Of a stretch of DNA of 64,000 bases, positions 21,583-35,508 are shown one piece after another. The stretch is from NCBI GenBank assembly GCA_030390025.1, contig CM059432.1:35156001-35220000 (forward strand), written 5' to 3'. The position numbers and the translations under genes were made by a program. The first letter of the stretch is position 1; every line of letters starts with the position of its first letter. The stretch is from Squalus acanthias. Lineage: Eukaryota. The notes beneath the pieces are model-generated. The model saw only the letters and a program-made list of their open reading frames with translations, was not told the DNA's origin and did not search any database.

Positions 21583-24018
21583 CTGATTCTCAGACGAGGA
21601 CCAGCAACAGCAGCAGCCTGATGTTGGGAGACCTGCAGCTGGACAGCAGAAAGGGGAGCAGCAGAGGGGTGCAGCTCGCAGGAGGCACTGCCCGCGACAC
21701 AGGGTGTACAGGCAGAGGCTGAGTTTCCTTGACATGTCGGAACAACAGTGCTTCAGGAGGCTCAGGTTGTCGCGTCAGGAGGTGGCAGCAGGTACCAGTG
21801 AGCACAACCCCAAACCTTTCAACATGTATCCCACACCTTACCTTCCCTCTGTTACTGACCATCACAGCATCCTCTTGGCCACAATGCTGAAATAAAAGCC
21901 ACAACAAAGCAAACCTTCCAATCCAACCTTGTACACCTATTCATCCAATATGACATCAAGAAATCAACTCACCACCCTTATGCATTCTCTTAGTGACTGT
22001 CTTGTGTGTGCCTTTGCCTATCCTACTGATGTCACGCAGTGCTACCCCAGTGGCTGCAGCATGGCTGGTGGAAGGCTGCTGAGGTTCATTGAGGGACACT
22101 GCAAATGGCCTTGCTGGTCGACCCTTGAGGAGCTGGTGCTGGGAGTGTCAAATCGAGTGACAGCGTTTCTTCTTCTTCTTCACTCTCCTCTCCCTCTTCT
22201 TGGTCAACCACTGGCTGGGCAGGCTGCATTTCTTTAGTGTGTGAAATGAGGAAGGCAGAAGGGTGCAGTTGTGGTGAGGAGGGGGGGGGGCAAGAAAGCA
22301 AGATGTACATATGAGAAGGAGGATAACATACCAGCAGCTTGTATCCTTTCAGCCCCGCCCCTGGCCAATGGCTCAGCCATGCCCCTGCCAAGACTGGCCT
22401 GCACCGTCTGCTTCAAGGGGGTGAGGTGAAGCTAGGAATGGGAGGTATGCTGCGTGGTTGGTACAGATTGTTGGTAGGTGAGTGATTGGGGGGAAGGAGT
22501 CTTGCATTGAGCAGTGTGTGAGGCTAGTGTTTCAGTTGGTAGGAAACGGCTTTTGAAGATGCATTCACTGACCTTGACCAGTGGTATGAGGTCATGAAGC
22601 TTCTTTGGCCACTGGAGCCAGATGATGGGGGCGACACTGTTGGCAGTAACGGCCTCGGTGATGTGGTCCCACATCATTCTTTCTGGAGGGCCTCCTGACC
22701 CCTGTGGGTAGAGGACCTCTCTTCCAGTGTTGACCCCCTGCACAAAGCTGGAGTGCTGCGTGTGAGACCCTGGGTGCCCCTTCCCTGGCTTGCTGAACCA
22801 TTTGTGTTAATGGTGAAGCACTTTTCCCAATTTTTGAGGTGCAGAAGGGAATTCAGCTTTAAGAGCTGAAGACTCCCATTTGGGAATCTTTTAATGTTAA
22901 TTTTTTTTAAAGGCAGTAATGGCTGAACACTGCATTTTTTTTACTTCATTTTATTTTTATCTGTTCAGAAGACATTGCCCTTTTAATGCATTGCCCTTTT
23001 AATGTCCCACAATGCCTAGTGAACTCATTGCCTCGCTTCCAGAGGCTGTTGGAAGATGGAACGCCGCTTCTGGACGGCAGGTTCGCTACTGATGCCTGCA
23101 CTAATGCCACCAGGAGGGCGTTACACATTGAATTTAGCGCTGGGCTAAAAATCTTTAGGGGGGAAAATTCAGTTGCATTGCGCCTCCCGTTAGCGCCCTA
23201 ATAGGGCGCTAACGGGGCACAAAGCAACTAGCGCCCTGGCGCGGCACCGCCACAGCCTCCCGCGAAATTCAGCGGGAGGTTAGCGGCGGCGGTAACCGTT
23301 AGCGCCCGTGGTGCTGCGCTGCCAGCGATGACGCCATCACCGTGTGCAGAGCCTCGCTCGCGCCCCGGCCGCAATCTTCGGTAGCGCCCCCTGACGTACC
23401 GCCAGACGCTATGTCTGACGGGGTCAGGGGGGCCTACCTGCGGCCAGGGCGGCGCTAATTAAAGGCGAGGTTCTGGGCGGCCATTTTTGTTGCTGGCCAC
23501 CTGCCAGCACCTGCCCCCGTTGCCATCCCCGGCCTCCTCTGCAGCCCCCCCGCGGAGTGCCGGCTACGCTCCGTGAGCCCGGCACTTCTCTTGAGTGCCG
23601 GGCTCTTTCACCAGCACTCCGATCCCTGGTGGCCCAGCTGGGCCCCGGGTTGCGCTGCACAAGGCCCCTCCCCTTTAAGAAGGGGAGGAAGGCCTGCAGT
23701 AACGTGGCGCGACGTGCCGCAGCGCCGCGATATTCCCTCGCAGCACCCCAAGAGGGAGGTGGGGCGCTTCCAGTAGTGACCCCCTTCCCTCTTGGGGTGC
23801 TACCATTCAATTTCGGCCACGGGGGCGCTAATTTTTTCAGGGCGCTAAAAGTAGCACCCCAGCGAAGTTAGCTCCTCAAAGGAGGCGCGACTCAATTTTT
23901 CCCCCTTAGTCTCCAGCACGAATTTTTCTCTGCTACCACCACGACTATTTTCAACGGCCGTTAACCCGAGGTCGCGGTGACACCGCCAACTTTCGTGGCA
24001 GCCACGCATTTCTAGACC
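21583..24018. mobile_element. Internally deleted Harbinger transposon: transposase N-terminal remnant (+) and Myb/SANT-like ORF remnant (-)
   Basis: YRQRLSFLDMSEQQCFRRLRLSRQEV (21704+); REVLYPQ..WDHITEAVTANSVAP..W.Q..KK.HDL (22432-22743 -); 21785-22130 matches 40200-40530 of the second Harbinger. Confidence 0.7.
23158..23905. mobile_element. Harbinger-type MITE nested in the Harbinger remnant
   Basis: TIRs GGGGGGAAAATT / AATTTTTCCCCC, TSD TTA (23155-23157, 23906-23908). Confidence 0.8.
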
Positions 24019-24560
24019 TATATATACAACATCTACTGCACTACCTTGATCAACCTTCTCTGTTACATCATCAAATAATTCAATCAAATTCGTCAGACGT
24101 GATTTGGCTTTAACAAATCCATGCTGATTAACCCATGCCTTTCCAAATGAAAGTTTATTTTGTCCCTGATAATGGTTTCCAATAACTTCCCCACCACCGA
24201 TGTTTGGCTGACTGGCCTGTAGTTTCCAGGTTTATCCATCTCCTCTTTCTTGAACAGCGGTATAACATTAGCAACCCCGAGTCCTCCGGCACTCCTCATG
24301 TATCCAATGAGGATTGAAAGATTGTGACCAATGCCTGTTATTTCTACCTTTGCTTCTTTCAGCAACCTAGGATGCATTCCATCCTGACCAGGTGACTTAC
24401 CAACTTTCAGTAATGTTAATCTTTTTAGTACGTTTTCTCTATCTATTACTATCTTGTCCATAACTTCCCTTGCCCCTTTTAGTGGAACCTTCACATCATC
24501 TGCTTCCTTTGTGAAGACAGATGCAAAGTATTCTTTTATCCATGTCCTATGCCTCTACAC
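24019..24560 (-). mobile_element. CR1 LINE internal fragment
   Basis: KSPGQDGMHPRLLKE..PGNYRPVSQTSVVGKLLE..IELFDDVTEKVDQGSAVDVVY. Confidence 0.8.
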
Positions 24561-24625
24561 GTGTGATGAAGCATTCCATTAACTCACCGCTGTACAAGAA
24601 CATTACATCCCCCTTCCCCCTTGGT

Positions 24626-25872
24626 CTCTAATCTAATTGAATTTTTTGATGAAGTAACAGAGAGGATTGATGAAGGGAATGCAATGGATGTTGTCTACAT
24701 GGATTTTCGGAAGGCGTTTGACAAAGTACCACATAGAAGGTTGGTTAACAAAATTGAGACTCATGGAATAGGTGGGACAGTGGCAGATTTGATAAGGAAT
24801 TGGCTTAAGGACAGAAAACAGCAAGTTGTGGTAAATGGCTGTTTTTCAGACTGGAGGATGGTAGACAGTGGTGTTCCCCAAGGGTCAGTGCTGGGGCCAC
24901 TGCTTTTTTTGACATATATAAATGACCTGGATATTGGAATGCAGATTAGAATTTCTAAATTTGCCGACACCAAACTTGGGGGTGTGGGAAATATTGATGA
25001 TGATACTAATCGACTGTAACAGAACATAGAAAGGTTAGCAGAATGGGCAGACAAGTGGCAGATGGAATTTAATACAGAGAAGTGTGAGGTGATGCATTTT
25101 GGCAGAAGAAACAGGGAGAGGCAATATACACTTAATGGCACAGTTTTAAAGGATGTACAGGGACAGAGGGACCTGGGAGATAATGTGCATAGGTCCCTGA
25201 AGGTGGTGGGACATATTGAGAGAATGGTTAGCAAAGCATATGGGATCATGGGCTTCATAAATAGATGTATTGAGTACAAAAGTAGAGAAGTTATGCTGAA
25301 CCTTTATAAAGCGCTGGTTAGGCCACAACTGGAGTATTGCATCCAGTTCTGGTCACCACACTTTAGGAAGGATGTGAAGTCACTTGAGAGGGTGCAGAGG
25401 AGATTTACCAGAATGGTTCCGGGGATGGAGGATCTTAGCTACAAGGACAGGTTGGAGAAGCTGGATTTGTTTTCATTAGAGCAAAGGAGGTTGAGGGGTG
25501 ATTTGATAGAGGTGTACAAGATTATGACGGGTTTGGATAGGCTAGACGGGGAAAGGCTGTTCCCACTAGTTGATGGTACAAGGACTAGGGGACACCGATT
25601 TAAGGTTTTGGGCAAGAGATACAGGGGGGATGTGAGGAAAAACTTTTTTACGCAGTGAATGGTGAGGACCTGGAACTCGCTGCTAATGGAAGTGGTGGAA
25701 GCGGAGACACTCAATGTTTTCAAGGGGAGACTGGATAGGCACTTGAGGAAATAAACTTGCAGGGCTACGGGGATAGAGCGGGGGAATGGGACTGACTGGA
25801 TTGCTCTACAGAGAGCTGGCACGGACTCGATGGGCCGAATGGCCTCCTTCTGTGCCGTTATGATTCTATGAC
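24626..25872 (+). mobile_element. 5'-truncated CR1 LINE
   Basis: ORFs 24621-25019 and 25062-25658 ([19 protein letters not shown]); ATTCTATG tail. Confidence 0.9.
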
Positions 25873-26979
25873 TCTGTCCCCTTGTTCCCCATTGGCCCAC
25901 CAGTAGAAACAATCTTTCACTATTTACCCACAGTAAGGTCTCCAGGTTTCACTCGCCCCTTTACAGGCTGCTTTTCTCGGCGCCGCTCCCACTCACTACG
26001 TTACTGCTGCTGCTGCTCCCGCCTCTGCAGGAAATGCTGGGCCCATTCACACGCCCCTCCCCCCACCACCCCATTCCCCAGCCTTCTCTCCCCCAACCCC
26101 CCCGCCCAAGCTGGAGGCCTCTCTGCGGTGAAAGCTATTGATATCAAAGGTAGGGTAGGGGGGCTGCTGCGGCACAAAATTGAAAGGCTCAGTTCTCCCG
26201 GGCTGTTAGAAGCAGTGGCCGGAAGATTCGTGTCCCATTCCGGGAGACCCCCGGGTAATCCCAGTGCTATGGGAGCTTTGCTGTCCACCATAACAGGAAT
26301 ACGGAGCCTCAGTTTAATGTCTCTTCGGAAAGACAGCACCTCGACAGTGCAGCATTCCTTCAGCCTGCATTATATGCCCAAGTCCCAGAGGAGGACTTGA
26401 ACCCAGAACCTTCTAACTGAAAGATAAGTGTTCTACGCACTGAGCCAAGTTGACACCAATATAATCACATGATGTAGGGCAATTAAACACCTGGACAATA
26501 ATAGGTAGAACTATCACCCACTGAATATAAGGAGCGTCAGGGGGTTGCACCAGGCCTCTCAGGAAACGCTCCAGTTTTGCTCCTTGGTTATTCCCAACAC
26601 TAACTCTCCGAGCTGTTCTGCGCCCCAAAAGAGTCAAACCAGCATTAAATTTACCTTCCACCTATTCCCCACTTTGCGTGGCTCCTGATCTAGAAGCACG
26701 ATACAATGGTTTCTTTCTTACCTTTCGGAGGTCAAGGAGAAAGATGTCTGGTTTAATCACCTTATGATTCCAACTACAGAATCAAGAGAGAGGATCCTAG
26801 CAACTATAGGTGGAATTTGGACATATTTGCTTGTCGGTGACTCACCATTTTATTGACAGGAATTCTCATTAAGAAGCTTTCACTTTCATTTAGCTGTAAC
26901 TGAGGCTTAACCCTATAACTGCCAGGGACGACACCCTGTTCAGGAGAAGGAACGATCACAAGACGGATACGATTAACAC

Positions 26980-27720
26980 CATCAACAACTTGCATTTATA
27001 TAGCACCTTTAATATAGTAGAATCTTAGTGACAAAGAAGTGTATGATCTCCTCGCACTTGTTATTTGAGATGAGGGTGGAAGGGGAGAGGGGTTCAAGGA
27101 GACAGTTGGTAGTGGAGAAAAGAAGCTGGAGGTTATCTTTGCTCTGCAGGATGATCCTTGGGTAGTGAGCTGTTTTGGCAGAGGAGAGCAGGGCCTGATA
27201 GTATTTGAGGTGGTCCAGACAGATCTGGCGATGAATGGCTAAAGATGGGGGTCGTACCAAGAGGAACGAATGAGAAAGACCATCCTAGCTCATCTATCCG
27301 GAAAGAACCTATAGTCCCACAATCAGAGCATCCAACTCTTTCGTAAATCATTTCCACGGTTTGCATCTCTGTGACAAAAATGAAGAATTTATGTCTAAGG
27401 TTATTTGTGTGATTGGCTTTCCTCTCCCCGATCAAAGTTTATGCAGGGTTGTAATTAGATTCACTTACAATAACAGCCTAGCCTATCTGCGGCAGATGAG
27501 CTGAGGGAAGCCAGCCAGGAGAGCATTCAAATAGTCGAATCTGCGGGTGACAATGATAAGGCAGGTGAGCAGAGGCGGGCGATGGTACGGAGGCGGAAGT
27601 AATGAGTCTTTTTTTTATGAAGAGAATTTGGGGTTGAATAGGACAGCAAGGGTCTAAACTGTCTGGTTCAGCCTGAGACAGTAGCCGGGGAGGGGGATGG
27701 AATTGGTGACAAGTGTGCAA
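26980..27720 (-). mobile_element. Decayed L2 LINE fragments
   Basis: HRQICLDHLKYYQALLSSAKTAHY..LFSTTN.LL.P (L2 ORF2-like); tail ACAACAACTTGCATTTATATAGCACC shared with other L2 copies here. Confidence 0.6.
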
Positions 27721-28139
27721 ACTTTGTGCTTGAGATCGAAGGCGATCCAAGACTGGATGTCAGATCGATATGATTTTAGTTGGGTAAGGGTATCAAGAGA
27801 TATGGAGCAAAGATGGGTAAATTGAGTTGTGGTAGGGTTCATCCATGATCTAATTGAATGGCAGAGTAGGCGCGAGGGACTGACTGGCCTCCTCCTCCTC
27901 TTATATTTCTACGTAGTTTGACAACACAGAGGCAGCAGAGGTTACATTCTAAAAGCCTGAAGTGGGGCTCAAACCCACAACCTTCTGACATAGAGCTCAG
28001 AGTGGTACCAATACTGATCTTGCAGTGACTGTAATGTTAATGTGTGACTTAAGACAACACAAGTTTGATTAGATAACAAAACTCACCAGCATCACTACAG
28101 CCAGAGGGTCAGGCTTGTGTTGCGGGATATTTAAGAGTG

Positions 28140-28660
28140 AATCATTGTTTACTTTAATCTATATAAAACCCTGGTAAGGCCTCAGTTGGAGTACTGAGTG
28201 CAGTTTTGGACTCTACACTATAGGAAGGATGTTGACGCAATAGAGAGGGTACAACGCAGGTTCACTAGGATGCTGCCTGGTACGAGGAAATACAAATACG
28301 AAGATAGACTTGAAAAATTGGAAGAGGAGATTATAGGAACAGGAGTAGCCCATTCAGCCCCTCGAGCCTGTTCTGCCATTCAATGAGATCATGGCTGATC
28401 TGTATCCTAACTCCATCCTCCTGCCATGGATCCATATCCTTTAATACCCTTGGCTAGCGAAAATCTATCAATCTCAGATTTAAAATGATTAGTTGAGCTA
28501 GCATTGACTGCTTTTTGTGGGAGAGCGCTCCACACTTCTACCACCCTTTGCGTGAAGAAGTATTTCCCAACTTCTCTCCTGAATGGCCTGGCTCTGATTT
28601 TAAGGTTATGTCCCCTTGTCCTAGACTCGTCTACTAGCGTAAAAAGTTTCTCTCAAACCT
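28140..28660. mobile_element. Two abutting CR1 3' fragments (+ 28140-28325, - 28330-28660)
   Basis: QFWTLHYRKDVDAIERVQRRFTRMLPG on plus; CR1 3' UTR on minus. Confidence 0.7.
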
Positions 28661-29010
28661 ACGCTATCAATTATAGAATAATACAATCATATAATGATAC
28701 AGCACAGAAGGAGGCCATTCGGGCTATTGTGCCTCTTTGGTTGAGCTATCCAATTAGTCCCACTCCCCGCTCTTTCCTCATAGTCCTGCAAATTTCCCCC
28801 CTTCAAGTATTTATCCAATTCCCTTTTGAAAGTTATTATTGAATCTGCCTCCACCACCCTTACAGCCAGTGCATTCCAGATCACAACAACTCGCTGTGTA
28901 AAAAACATTCCTCATGTCGCCTCTGGTTCTTTTGCCAATCACCTTAAATCTGTGTTCTCTGGTTACTGACCCTTCTGCCACTGGAAACAGTTTCTCCTTA
29001 TTTACTCTAT

Positions 29011-32000
29011 TGTAGTATATGTGAGTAGAACAAAGGTCAGAGACACGATGAGTTGCTAGTCAAGGTGCTTGTTTACTAGGCCAGAGCGAACTGAGCATGC
29101 TCATACTAAACCATGTGATAAACCATGTGGTAATACATTACACTGCTTTCCCCTTAAAAAAAATGTGCATATTCCCCTCTCAAATACAACAAAACTATGG
29201 CCCCACCTTTCCCAGCATTACATGTACCACACAACAAAACTCCTGACTTTTTTTCTTTTAAATGAACTACAAATCCAGTTTAATAACAGGTTTGAGGAGC
29301 CTTCCTGATCTCCTTACACAAGGTTTTGGTGTTGAACCAATTTCGTGCTGTTTTGTTCTGGTTCCGAACTCAAAGATGATCCTGTTTCTATCTCAGATTT
29401 GTTTGAACCTGGTACTTCAGTTTCTGAAGTCTGAACGGAGTCAGACTCATGTATGTGTTCATGATCAAGTGGTTCAAGATTACGTCTTGGTTCATCTCTA
29501 GCAGAGATCATTTGATCTACATGAACACTTCAGATGTTGTTACCAATTTCAATCAAATATCTCTTGGTTCCACCAACCTCTACTATGATTCCTATATCCC
29601 ACTTGTGTGAACTCGACTTGCCAGGTGGACTGAGAATACGAGCACGCTCGTTTTGTCTGAGACTGCGTTCTTTCCGATTGCTGTCATAATAACGTTTCTG
29701 ACTCAACTGTTTCTGTTCATCTCTTGAGGCCAAATTTGGTTGAACAAGACTCAATCGTGTTCTCAATGTCCTCTTCATCAAGAGTCCTGCTGGGGTATAT
29801 CCAGTTGTAGAGTGCTGAGTAGTTCTGTACTTCAGCAAGAAATTTGCCAAACGTTGCTTCATGCAGAGTCCCGAACAATCCTGCAACTACTGCTTTTTGA
29901 GAGCTTTCTTTCTATTCTGACTGACCTTTCAGCTGCTTTGTTTGAAGCTGGATGTTATGGTGGAACGAGAGTGTGTTTGATACTGTTCCATTTCATGAAC
30001 TCTTGGAATAGAGCAAAATGGAACTGAGGGCCATTGTAAGAAACAAGATCTTCAGGTAAGCCATGACATGTGAAAATAGACCTCAACTCACCTTAGGTAT
30101 GTTCAGTTGTAGTATTTGAACCCATGTCTTTCACTTCAATCCACTTTGAGTGACTATCTACAAGTACCAGGAAATAATCATTTGCTTTCTCAAAGAAGTC
30201 TACATGTACTCTCTGAAAAGGTCTACTTGGCCATGACCAGGGTTGTAGTAGAGTTCTGGGTGGTTTGTTTCTGTAATTTTGGCAAACGCTGCATTTGCTG
30301 ACAAGTGATTCAAGATCACTGTCCAATCCAGGCCAGTAAACAAACCTTCTTGCAATTGATTTCATACTGACGATCCCTGGATGTTCAGTATGAAGTTCGG
30401 CCAAAATTCTATCTCTCAAAGAAGTAGGTACCACCGCTCTGTTTCCCCACTTGATACAACCTTGCTCACAAGACAATTCAGTACGATGGTTATGGAATGG
30501 TTTCAACTCTGTGTCCAGACACTGATCAGTCCATCCATTCAAGGTGTTTTCATGCACTCTTTTCAGTACTGAGTCTTTTTGAGTCTCATTTGCAATCTCA
30601 GTTGCATTCACGGGAAAGTCTTTGTCAACTGCACCTAGCGTGAAAATCTCACCTTCACTCCCAACACATGAATCTTTATGTGGCAACCTGGACAAAGCAT
30701 CTGCAGTTGCGTTCTGCTTTGAAGTACGATATTCAATCGTGTAGTCATATTGTGACAACAACACTGCCCAACGTTGCATTCTCGATGCGGCCATTGCAGG
30801 GATGGCAGATTTGGGCCCCGATATTGCTAGGAGCGGTTTGTGATCGGTTATCAGGGTAAACTTTCTGCCGATCAGGAACTGTTGGAATTTCTTGATTCTA
30901 AACACGAGTGCTTCCTTTTCAATTTGTGCGTAGTTTCTTTCGCTCTTTGTGAGGGTTCGTGATGCTAACGCGATTGGTTTCTCTTGGCCGTCATCCATTA
31001 TGTGGCTTATGACAGTTCCCACACCATAGCTAGAAGCATCACATGCTAACTTAAGCTCACGCTGTGTCATAGTGCACAAGTAGAGCATCGCTAGAGAGAC
31101 TTCTCTTACAAGCGTCGTAAGCTTCCTGTTGTGCTTTTGTCCACTTCCACTGGACATCCTTCTTGAGGAGCTCGTGCAATGGAGCTAACATGGTCGCTAA
31201 CTCAGGTAAGAAACATGCGTTGTAATGGACCATTCCAAGGAAAGATCTTAACTCAGACACGTTCTGTGGCTTTGGAGCATTCCTTAACTGGTTGCAAGCC
31301 ATTTGCATCAACTTTCAGACCAAGGTACACAACCTCGGGCTGCACAAAAGTACATTTGCTCCTTTTCAATTTGACATTGTGGGAATTAAACCTTTGAAGT
31401 ACTATATCAAACTCTTCCAGATTTTCTTCCTCACTGCTTGTTGCGATCAGCACATCGTCTTGATTGCATAAGCAATTTGGAACTCCTTGCAAAATCTTAT
31501 CCATCGTAGCCGGGAAGATTTTGGGGGAGGACTTTACACCACACGGCAGCTTGGTGTATGAGTACAGTCCCTTGTGTGTGTTGATAGTGAGATACTGTTG
31601 ACTCTCTTTGTCAACATTCAGCTGAGCGTAAACGTGCGACAGGTCAAGCTTAGAAAAGACCTTTGACCCAGAGAGTGCTGCATACAAATCTTGCGATGTA
31701 GGTAATGGGTACTGCTCATCGTCAACTGCTTGGTTGATAGTAACTTTGTAGTCACCGCACAAGCGTACAGTTTTGTCTGCTTTGGGCACTACCACAATCA
31801 GGGTAGCCCATTCACTTTTGTCAGTTTTTACTAGCACTCCGTTCTCTCTCAGTTTCTCTAGCTCTTCCTCCACCTGACTTTTCAACACATAGGGGACTGG
31901 CCTTGCCTTACAATAGATAGGCTTTGTATTGGACTAGATGCGGATATGCACATCATACCCAATGATGCCCTCATAACTGTCTGAGAACATGCTTTCATAC

Positions 32001-33680
32001 TTGTTCAGCATTGTGTCGAGTCGCTTCTTTGAAGCATCTACACTGAAGATGTTTTTCCAGTCTAGTTTTAACTTTCTCAACCAGTCTTTGCCCATGAGGG
32101 TTGGCCTGTTGTTGTAGCTCGCTACAATAATAGGCAGCTTTACTGACTGGCCATTGTGCTAACTGTACATTCCATTTGTCCACATGTCTCTAGGATTTCT
32201 CTGGTGTCAGTTTTTAACTCTACGGTACTCTTTGTAAGTGATATTGGATTAAACTTACTCTTATATGTGTCCTTACTATTGATAGAGCAGTCCGCCACCC
32301 TGTCGATACACATATCAATATATTGATCATTGATCAAAGGTTTTGTACGGAAGTCTTTCTTATGACTGCTTGTGTTGCCGTTAGTGGCATAGATACTGTA
32401 GATGCCTAGTTCTTCAACATCAGGTGTGTTCACTTCAATATTGTGAATTCCTTCCTTTTGTTGTTGCTGCTTTGCATTGCCACTAGAATGGTTCCTACTT
32501 CCTGCTTTAGATCTAGCTTTGCAAGCTGTTGAAATATGGCCTTGCTTCTAGCAGTGAAAACACTTCGCATTTCTGTATTGGCAGGACTGTGGTGAGTGAT
32601 TTCCATTGCAGTGATAGCAATTTACTGAACTGCTCTCACCGACATGTTTTTGACTTGGTCTCACAACTTTAGGTTTGGTGGTGGCTTTGTGACTGTAGAC
32701 CTCAGCTGCACTAGTCACTTGAGTTGGACGGAGCACCCAAGCATTCATAGACACCATCTCCATAGATAGGGCAATTTTGCATGCTATGTCAAACGTTAGG
32801 TTTGGAGTGTTCAGTAACTTGGACTGTGTGCGCTCATCCACCAGTCCACACACAAACTGATCTCGCAACGCACGATCTAAAAATGTGCCGAAGTTACAAT
32901 GCAAAGACAGGTTTTTAAGAGTTACAATGTACTCACTGATGGTTTCACTTTGTTTTTGGTTTCTGGTACCAAACTTACTCTGCTATTTCTAACAGCTTTG
33001 GGTTGAAATGGTCCTCGAGTTTCTCGACAATGTCTTCAAACGATGCATCTTTCACTTTCCCTGGTGCGAGAAGGTTCATCAACGTTCCGTAGTTATCTGG
33101 CCCGAACTCCGTTAGAAAATTTGCTTTTTTACGTTCACGAATTACTTTATTTTGAGCTTGAACATTCTCATCTGCACCTTCGGTCTCAATAATGTTATTG
33201 GCCTTAAAAAATATCTTCATTCGCTCAATGTAACAACTGAATGGTTCGTGAGCTCGGTCATATATGCCAAGGCTTCCGATGAATCCCGTAGGCGTGGCCA
33301 TGATTGTCGTGATCCCATTGAACAGTGACTCAGCACGCTACCTTGGTACCTGTGAGAATCAACACTGTTGTTGCTGTGTATACAGACACGCGATGGTGAA
33401 GCACAGACAATTCTGCATCAGCATTAACAGCAAAACATCGCAAAAAATTCAGTTTAGGTGTCACAAATTCACCTTAAACTTTTCCACTCGAAGGTTGAAC
33501 AGTGTCCTTCCATAATCCCTAAAAATGGTTTTGGGATCCCATCCTCGTTGCCAAAATGTAATATATGTGGGTAGAACAAATGAAGGACAGAGACACGATG
33601 AGTTGCTAGTCAAGGTGCTTGCTAACTAGGCCATAGTGAACGGAGCATGCTCATACTAAACCATGTGATAATACATTACA
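29011..33680 (-). mobile_element. Full-length decayed Ty3/Gypsy LTR retrotransposon (gag-PR-RT-RNaseH-IN)
   Basis: LTRs 29011-29142 and 33557-33680 (TGTA..TACA), 5-bp TSD TCTAT, PBS 33536-33553, polypurine tract at 29143-29155; RLCGDYK, KLDLSHVY, ACDASSYGVG, HPGIVSMKSIAR, RVHVDF motifs with stops and frameshifts. Confidence 0.95.
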
Positions 33681-34597
33681 TCTATCAAAACCGTTCTTGA
33701 TTTTAAGATCTCCTCTTAACCTTCTCTGCTCTAAGGAGAACAACCCCAGCTTCTTGATTCTCTCCACATAACTGAAGTTCCTCATCCCTGGTACCGTTCT
33801 AGTCAATCTCTTCTGCACCATCTCTAAGGCCTTGACATCTTTCCTAGAATGCCCAGTGGTGCCCAGAATTGGCCACAATAATCCAACTGAGGCCTAACCA
33901 GTGTTTAATAAAGATTTAGCATAACTCCCTTGCATTTGGACTATATTCCTCTCTTTATAAAGCCAAGGATCCCATATGCTCTTTTAACAGCCTTCTCAAC
34001 TTGTCCTGCCACCTTCAAAGATTTGTGTACATATTCCCCCAGGGTGCTCTGTTCCTGCACCCCCTTTGAAATTGCACCATTTAGTTCATATTGCATCTCC
34101 TCATTCTTCCTACCAAAATGTATCACTTCATACTTCTCTGAGTTAAATTTCATCTGCCACATGTCTTCCCATTTCACCATCTGTCTATGTCCTCATGAAG
34201 TCTGTTACTATCCTCCTCACTATTTAGTACATTTCTGAGTTTTGTGTCATCTGCAAACTTTGCCCTGTATACCCAAGTCCAGGTCATCAATATATATCAA
34301 AAAGATCAGTGGTCCTAATACTGACCCTGGGGAACATCATTGTATACCTACGTCCAGTCTGAAAAACAACTGCTTTCTGTCCCTTAGCCAATTTTGTATC
34401 CATGCTGCCACTGTCCCTTTAATCCAATGGGCTTTAAATTTGCTAACAAGTCTATTATGTGATATTTTGTCAAATGCCTTTTGAAAGTCCATATACACAT
34501 CAGTTGCACTACCTTCATCAACCCTCTCCATTACTTCATCAAATAACTCAATCAAGTTGGTCAAACAGGATTTGCCTTTAACAAATCTGTGCTGACT

Positions 34598-35508
34598 TCA
34601 TAAGAACATAAGAAATAGGAGCAGGAGTAGGCCATTTGGCCTGTCGAGCCTGCTCCGCCATTCAATAAGATCATGGCTGATTTTCTACCTCATCTCCACT
34701 TTCCTGCACTATCCCCATATCCCTTGATTCCCTTAATATTCAAAAATCTATCGATCTCTGTCTTGAATATACTCAATGACTGAGCCTCCACAGCCCTCTG
34801 GGGTAGAGAATTCCAAAGATTCACCACACTCTGAGTGAAGAAATTTCTCCTCATCTCAGTCCTAAATGGCCGACCCCTTATTCTGAGACTGTGACCCCTG
34901 GTTCTAGACTCCCCAGCCAGGGAAACATCCTCCCCGCATCTACCCTGTCAAGCCCTGTAAGAATTTTGTTTGTTTCAATGAGATCACCTCTCATTCTTAT
35001 AAACTCTAGAGAATATAGGCCTAGTCTACTCAAACTCTCCTCATAGGACAATCCCCACATCCCAGGAACCAGTCTGGTGAACCTTCGTTGCACTCCCTCT
35101 ATGGCAAGTATATCCTTCCTTAGGTAAGGAGACCAAAACTGTACACAATACTCCAGGTGTGGTCTCACCAGGGCCCTATATAATTGCAGTAAAACATCTT
35201 TACTCTTATACTCAAATCCTCTTGCATTAAAGACCAACATACCATTTGCTTTCTTAATTGCTTGCTGTACCTGCATGTTAACTTTCAGTGATTCGTGTAC
35301 AAGGACACCCAGGTCCCTCTGAACACCAACATTTCCCAATCTCTCACCATTTAAAAAATACTCTGCTTTTCTATTTTTCCTACCAAAGTGGATAACTTCA
35401 CATTTCTCCACATTATATTCCATTTGCCATGTTCTTGCCCACTCACTTAGCCTGTCTATATCCCCTTGAATCCTCCTTGCATCCTCCTCATAACTTACAT
35501 TCCCACCC
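34598..35508 (-). mobile_element. Young 5'-truncated CR1 LINE, close to the copy at 18634
   Basis: ORF 34878-35423; (CATAAGAA)n tail. Confidence 0.9.

Noticed and set aside
24019..25872. Twin-primed 5' inversion of a single CR1
   Set aside because: Both pieces contain the same IE.FD.VTE..DVVY segment with different sequence, so they are separate copies
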